A DNA stretch of 64,000 nt, from positions 2,528,001-2,592,000 of the forward strand of contig OZ244160.1 of NCBI GenBank assembly GCA_965216325.1. Direction: 5' to 3'. The DNA is from Coraliomargarita sp. Its GTDB lineage: Bacteria > Verrucomicrobiota > Verrucomicrobiia > Opitutales > Coraliomargaritaceae. This document shows positions 59,608 through 64,000 of this stretch, in pieces. Numbering within the stretch: the stretch's first letter is position 1; each line of letters begins with the position of its first letter. Made by a program: the position numbers and the translations under genes. The notes below the pieces were generated by a model that saw only the letters and a program-made list of their open reading frames with translations, did not search any database and had not been told where the DNA came from.

Positions 59608-59708
59608 GAAACAAAACTTGCCAGACATGGGAAAAACCCCATGTTCACGCACTTTTTTCCACCAAAATCCAAAACGACACGTCGGGTCGGAAATCCGGCT
59701 GTAAGCAA

Positions 59709-60293
59709 ATGGAACAAGCACTCCTACAAAAACATTATCAAGAAAAGGTCATCGCCGCTCTTAAAGAGAAGTTCGGCTATGACAACGCGCACATTGTGCC
59801 TGCAGTGACCAAGATCGTGGTCAACTCAGGTTTCGATGCAGGTTCTGACAAAAATCACGTAAAATACGTGAATGAAGAAGTGAGCAAGATCACTGGTCAG
59901 CGCACTGTTACCACTAAGGCAAAGCTTAGCATCTCGAACTTCAAGCTTCGTGAAGGTCAGCCAATCGGTTGCAAGGTTACACTTCGTGGCCGCGCAATGT
60001 ATGACTTCATGCTTCGCCTCATCAATGTTGCACTTCCTTGCATCCGTGACTTCCGCGGTGTGCCAACCAAGTTCGACGGTAATGGTAACTACACACTTGG
60101 TGTTTCCGACCACACGATCTTCCCGGAAGTCAGTGCTGAAGGTAACACCGCTACAATTGGTATGGATATCACTTTCGTGACATCTGCAAGCACCGATGAC
60201 GAGGGCCGCGAGCTTCTTCGTCTCTTCGGTATGCCATTCCGCAAGTCCAGTTCCGAGGTTGCTGCTGAAGAAGCTGCTGCCGCTGAAGCATAA
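59709..60293 (+). CDS. rplE: 50S ribosomal protein L5
   Basis: ITGQ, SISNFKLREG, KVTLRG, RDFRG, FDGNGNYTLG. Confidence 0.99.
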   Translation: MEQALLQKHYQEKVIAALKEKFGYDNAHIVPAVTKIVVNSGFDAGSDKNHVKYVNEEVSKITGQRTVTTKAKLSISNFKLREGQPIGCKVTLRGRAMYDFMLRLINVALPCIRDFRGVPTKFDGNGNYTLGVSDHTIFPEVSAEGNTATIGMDITFVTSASTDDEGRELLRLFGMPFRKSSSEVAAEEAAAAEA

Positions 60294-60311
60294 ATCTAAA
60301 CATTTTATCTC

Positions 60312-60617
60312 ATGGCTAAAATATCAGCAATCCACCGCAACCTTAAGCGCGAGCGCCTGATCGCTAAGTATGCTGCAAAGCGTAAAGAGCTGAAGGCTAT
60401 CCTGGCCAACCCTGAAACTTCTGACGAAGAGTTCTACAAGGCACAGGCAAAGCTTACTAAGCTTCCTAAGAACAGCTCGCCGATCCGTGCCCGCAACCGT
60501 TGCTCCGTCACCGGTCGTCCACGTGCTTACATCCGCAAGTTCGGTCTTTCTCGTATCACATTCCGTGAACTCGCCTCTCAAGGCAAGATCCCGGGTGTGA
60601 CTAAGTCTTCCTGGTAA
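60312..60617 (+). CDS. rpsN: 30S ribosomal protein S14 (long, zinc-independent form)
   Basis: [29 protein letters not shown]; 101 aa without CxxC pairs. Confidence 0.98.
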   Translation: MAKISAIHRNLKRERLIAKYAAKRKELKAILANPETSDEEFYKAQAKLTKLPKNSSPIRARNRCSVTGRPRAYIRKFGLSRITFRELASQGKIPGVTKSSW

Positions 60618-60623
60618 ACAATT

Positions 60624-60717
60624 TCGGAGGCCAGAGGTCGGAAGCCAGAAGTCAGACACTTAAAACCTACAAGTGACTGAAATCGAACTTTCAACTAACA
60701 GCTTCCAACCATCAACT
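60624..60717. repeat. Two heptamer-periodic tracts between rpsN and rpsH
   Basis: TCGGAGG CCAGAGG TCGGAAG CCAGAAG TCAGA (60624-60656) and TTCAACT AACAGCT TCCAACC ATCAACT (60690-60717). Confidence 0.7.
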
Positions 60718-60724
60718 CATTCAA

Positions 60725-61149
<425 letters not shown>

Positions 61150-61167
61150 AGAAAGGAACCTTATACA

Positions 61168-61704
<537 letters not shown>

Positions 61705-61723
61705 TAAATAGGAGAGACATTAC

Positions 61724-62077
<354 letters not shown>

Positions 62078-62090
62078 GGAAAGACATCAT

Positions 62091-62645
<555 letters not shown>

Positions 62646-62653
62646 TCCGACAA

Positions 62654-63121
62654 ATGAATCTCGAAAACATTCCAACTGTTAAAGGCGCAACTCACGCACC
62701 GAAGCGTCTCGGTCGTGGTGAGGGTAGCGGTCACGGTAAGACTTGCGGTCGCGGCCACAAGGGACAGAAGTCCCGCTCCGGTGGTGGTATCCGTGTAGGT
62801 TTCGAAGGTGGTCAAATGCCACTTTACCGTAAGCTTCCACGCCGTGGTTTTAACAACAAGAACTTCAAGACAAGTTACCAAACCGTCAACGTTGACGAGC
62901 TTGCAAAGCTCGCAGGTGACGAAGTAACACGTGAAACACTGCTCGCTGCCGGTCTTATCCGCGACAACGATCAGGGCGTGAAGCTTCTTGGTGATGGCGA
63001 AGTGAGCAAGGCATACACAGTCTCCGTCTGCAAAGTATCCGGTTCTGCAAAGAGCAAGATCGAAGCTGCAGGTGGTAAGATCGTTGAAGCAGCTCCGGCC
63101 GAAGAAGCCGCTGCTGAGTAA
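62654..63121 (+). CDS. rplO: 50S ribosomal protein L15
   Basis: GRGEGSGHGKT.GRGHKGQKSRSG, FEGGQMPL, KIEAAGG. Confidence 0.99.
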   Translation: MNLENIPTVKGATHAPKRLGRGEGSGHGKTCGRGHKGQKSRSGGGIRVGFEGGQMPLYRKLPRRGFNNKNFKTSYQTVNVDELAKLAGDEVTRETLLAAGLIRDNDQGVKLLGDGEVSKAYTVSVCKVSGSAKSKIEAAGGKIVEAAPAEEAAAE

Positions 63122-63169
63122 TCTGCCTTCTTATTTGCTCAATTTGAGCTAGCCCTAAGATCACCACTG

Positions 63170-64000
63170 ATGCTTTCCGCGTTTACTAATTCTCTGAAGA
63201 TTCCTGAATTGCGCAACAAGATCGGCTTCACGCTGATGTTGTTGATCATTGCACGCGTTGGCGCGAATATTCCGCTCCCGGGTTTTAACCCGGGTCCGAT
63301 TCGCGACTTCTTCGCAGAGCAAGCAACCGCGGGCGGTGGCCTGGTGGGCATGTATAACCTCTTTACCGGAGGAGCGCTCCTGAATGGAGCGCTCTTCGCG
63401 CTGGGTATCATGCCATACATCTCTGCATCGATTATCATGCAGTTGATGGGGGCTGTGTTCCCTGCGATCGCGCGTCTTCAGCAAGAGGGCGACGTTGGTC
63501 GTCAGAAGATCAACCAATACACACGCTACCTGACTATCGGCATCTGCTTGGTTCAAGGTATCCTGCTCTTGGTTGCATTGAGCTCGAACCCTGCAAGCTT
63601 GATCGGTTCGGGCTTCAACCCAGCCGAATACGGTAACATCGTCATCACTGGTAAGCTGCAGTTCCTCGTAACGGGCACGATCTTCCTGACCGCAGGTAGC
63701 ATGGTGATGGTTTGGCTCGGTGAGCAAATCACTGAGAAGGGCATCGGTAATGGTATCTCCCTTCTGATTACAATCAGCATTATTTCTGGTCTTCCAGCGG
63801 CAGTGAGCGCTGCCTACGCAATGTTCAATGCACCGGTTGGCACCGAGACCCGCCTTGGTCTTCCACAGGGTGTCTTGATGCTTGCACTTCTTTTCGCGGT
63901 GACTGCCGCACTGGTTGCGATCACTCAAGGTCAGCGTAAGATCCCGGTTCAATACGCAAAGCGTGTTGTCGGCCGCAAGGTCTTCGGTGGTCAGAGCTCC
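63170..64000 (+). CDS. secY: Preprotein translocase subunit SecY (partial, runs off window)
   Basis: Hand translation MLSAFTNSLKIPELRNKIGFTL...ALGIMPYISASIIMQL...WLGEQITEKGIGNGISLLI; follows rplO. Confidence 0.97.
   Translation, partial: MLSAFTNSLKIPELRNKIGFTLMLLIIARVGANIPLPGFNPGPIRDFFAEQATAGGGLVGMYNLFTGGALLNGALFALGIMPYISASIIMQLMGAVFPAIARLQQEGDVGRQKINQYTRYLTIGICLVQGILLLVALSSNPASLIGSGFNPAEYGNIVITGKLQFLVTGTIFLTAGSMVMVWLGEQITEKGIGNGISLLITISIISGLPAAVSAAYAMFNAPVGTETRLGLPQGVLMLALLFAVTAALVAITQGQRKIPVQYAKRVVGRKVFGGQSS

Overview
Chromosomal window from a verrucomicrobium, most likely Opitutales/Puniceicoccaceae (Coraliomargarita-like). This is an inference from the PEP-CTERM protein, the rpsL-rpsG-fusA-rpsJ order without tuf, the absence of rpmD and several lineage-typical hypotheticals. 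The left 42 kb holds a hybrid sensor kinase, a phosphoglycosyl transferase-ACP-FabG-acyl ligase module, an RND efflux system, a PEP-CTERM protein and a stand-alone OvoA-type methyltransferase. It also holds a GtrA-sulfotransferase-GT4-deacetylase operon, a degenerate ECF sigma/anti-sigma-like fusion, a PilH/PilI/PilG-like ABC module, sucA-sucB-lpdA, and housekeeping genes (tatD, trxB, pdxH, cdd). The right 22 kb is the str/S10/spc ribosomal cluster up to a partial secY. It is split between rpsJ and rplC by ~7.85 kb of accessory genes (vapBC, an atypical ssb, a DUF1254/DUF1214 protein, an XAC2610-like protein and a chimeric WG-repeat protein), and it carries an extra secreted-protein gene between rpsS and rplV. 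Intergenic DNA contains GTAG-type REP elements and families of 6-, 7- and 8-bp periodic repeats. No rRNA, tRNA, CRISPR array, integrase or transposase was recognised. All family calls come from motif recognition by eye, not from database searches.
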